Positions 62,438 through 64,000 of a stretch of DNA of 64,000 nt are shown one piece after another; positions within the stretch are counted from its first letter, which is position 1; each line of letters starts with the position of its first letter. This DNA is from Ranitomeya imitator (Eukaryota). The stretch spans positions 68,634,001 through 68,698,000 of the forward strand of contig NC_091287.1 of the NCBI RefSeq assembly GCF_032444005.1, in the 5' to 3' direction. The position numbers were made by a program, and so were the translations under genes. The notes under the pieces are model-generated. The model was given only the letters and a program-made list of their open reading frames with translations. It had not been told where the DNA came from and searched no databases.

Positions 62438-64000
62438 CACCCAGGAGTCAAGACTGGCACACAAGCAGAAAGGCCAATATTAATCTCCCACTGTTTTTTT
62501 TGGTTGTTTTTTTTTTTTTTTTTTCAGGGAGACTTTAGAAAAAAAAATAATAAAAAAAATATGATTTTATCAGGAAGAATTTAGAAACCAAATAAAATAA
62601 AATGATTTTTTCTGGGAGAATTTATAAAACAAATAAAACCAAAAATAGGCGTTCTATGGCCCACTGACTGAGAGATGACGCACCCAGGAGTCAAGACTGG
62701 CACACAAGCAGAAAGGCCAATATTAATCTCCCACTGTTTTTTTTTTTTTTTTTCAGGGAGACTTTAGAAAAAAAAATAATAAAAAAAATGTGATTTTATC
62801 AGGAAGAATTTAGAAACCAAATAAAATAAAATGATTTTTTCAGGGAGAATTTAGAAAACAAATAAAACCAAAAATAGGCGTTCTATGGCCCACTGACTGA
62901 GAGATGACGCACCCAGGAGTCAAGACTGGCACACAAGCAGAAAGGCCAATATTAATCTCCCACTGTTTTTTTTTTTTTTTTTCAGGGAGACTTTAGAAAA
63001 AAAAATAATAAAAAAAATGTGATTTTATCAGGAAGAATTTAGAAACCAAATAAAATAAAATGATTTTTTCAGGGAGAATTTAGAAAACAAATAAAACCAA
63101 AAATAGGCGTTCTATGGCCCACTGACTGAGAGATGACGCACCCAGGAGTCAAGACTGGCACACAAGCAGAAAGGCCAATATTAATCTCCCACTGTTTTTT
63201 TTTTTTTTTTTCAGGGAGACTTTAGAAAAAAAAATAATAAAAAAAATGTGATTTTATCAGGAAGAATTTAGAAACCAAATAAAATAAAATGATTTTTTCA
63301 GGGAGAATTTAGAAAACAAATAAAACCAAAAATAGGCGTTCTATGGCCCACTGACTGAGAGAGAGAGAGAGAGAGAGATGGAACGCTTAGTACTGGCACA
63401 CAAGCCCAAAGGGCAATATTAATCTCCCTTTTTTTTTCCAGGGAGAATTTCTAAAACCCAAAAAAAAAAAAAAATAGGCTTTCTATGGCCCACTATTTGT
63501 GAGAGAGATGGGACGCTCAGGACTGGCACAGATGGCACGCTCAGGACTGGCACAGAAGCCCAGAGGCCAATATTAATCTCCCTTTTTTTCTGGTAGAATT
63601 TATAAAACCAAAAAAAAATTTAAATAGGCTTTCTATGGCCCACTATTTGTGAGAGAGATGGCACGCTCAGGACTGGCACAGATGGCACGCTCACAACTGG
63701 CACACAAGCCCAGAGGCCAATATTAATCTCCCTTTTTTCAGGGAAAATTTATAAAACAAAAAAATAAAATAAATAGGCTTTCTATGGCCCACTATTTGTG
63801 AGAGAGATGGCACGCTCAGGGCTGGCACAGATGGCACGCTCAGGACTGGCACACAAGCCCAGAGGCCAATATTAATCTCCCTTTTTTTCAGGGAGAATTT
63901 ATAAAACCCCCCAAAAAAATAAAATAGGCTTTCTATGGCCCACTATTTGTGAGAGAGATGGGACGCTCAGGACTGGCACAGATGGCACGCTCAGGACTGG
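61760..64000. repeat. Satellite system C: modular tandem repeats (~410-420, 229 and ~150 bp periods) upstream of the transposase
   Basis: GTTCTATGG at 62228, 62651, 62880, 63109 and 63338; TTCTATGGCC at 63481, 63631, 63780 and 63931. Shared core CTGGCACACAAGC..GGCCAATATTAATCTCCC. Confidence 0.93.

Larger units (their letters stand above)
48854..64000 (-). mobile_element. Giant hAT (Ac/ZBED-like) DNA transposon, >15 kb, runs off the window
   Basis: Terminus TAGAGTTGAGCGA shared with a TSD-bounded hAT MITE, an intact hAT transposase 9 kb inside, homologous hairpins at 49.3 kb and 57.6 kb linking terminus and ORF, and no other terminus seen in between. Confidence 0.75.

Overview
Eukaryotic (very probably frog/anuran, inferred from the repeat families) non-genic DNA. 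About two-thirds of the window is recognisable transposable elements, and no host exon could be supported. In order: a young Tc1 (DD34E) nested in a piggyBac; a 271-bp foldback carrying two inverted hammerhead-ribozyme motifs; a non-autonomous Helitron with a minisatellite; two solo LTRs; hAT MITEs with 8-bp TSDs; a decayed Tc1; a Ty3/Gypsy LTR-int-LTR-int-LTR tandem with a 6-bp TSD and a chimeric middle LTR; a piggyBac-type MITE; an 8.3-kb Penelope-like insertion (RT + GIY-YIG, 15-bp TSD, inverted arm, three minimal hammerheads, possible -1 frameshift); and a 5'-truncated CR1. From 48854 to the window end lies what appears to be one giant (>15 kb) hAT transposon with an intact 1191-aa BED-finger transposase, three internal satellite systems and a twice-present, covarying ~130-nt hairpin. 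The best candidates for something undescribed are the satellite-carrying giant hAT with its MITE and hairpin, the double-hammerhead foldback, and the Penelope -1 frameshift. All alignments and pairings were done by eye.
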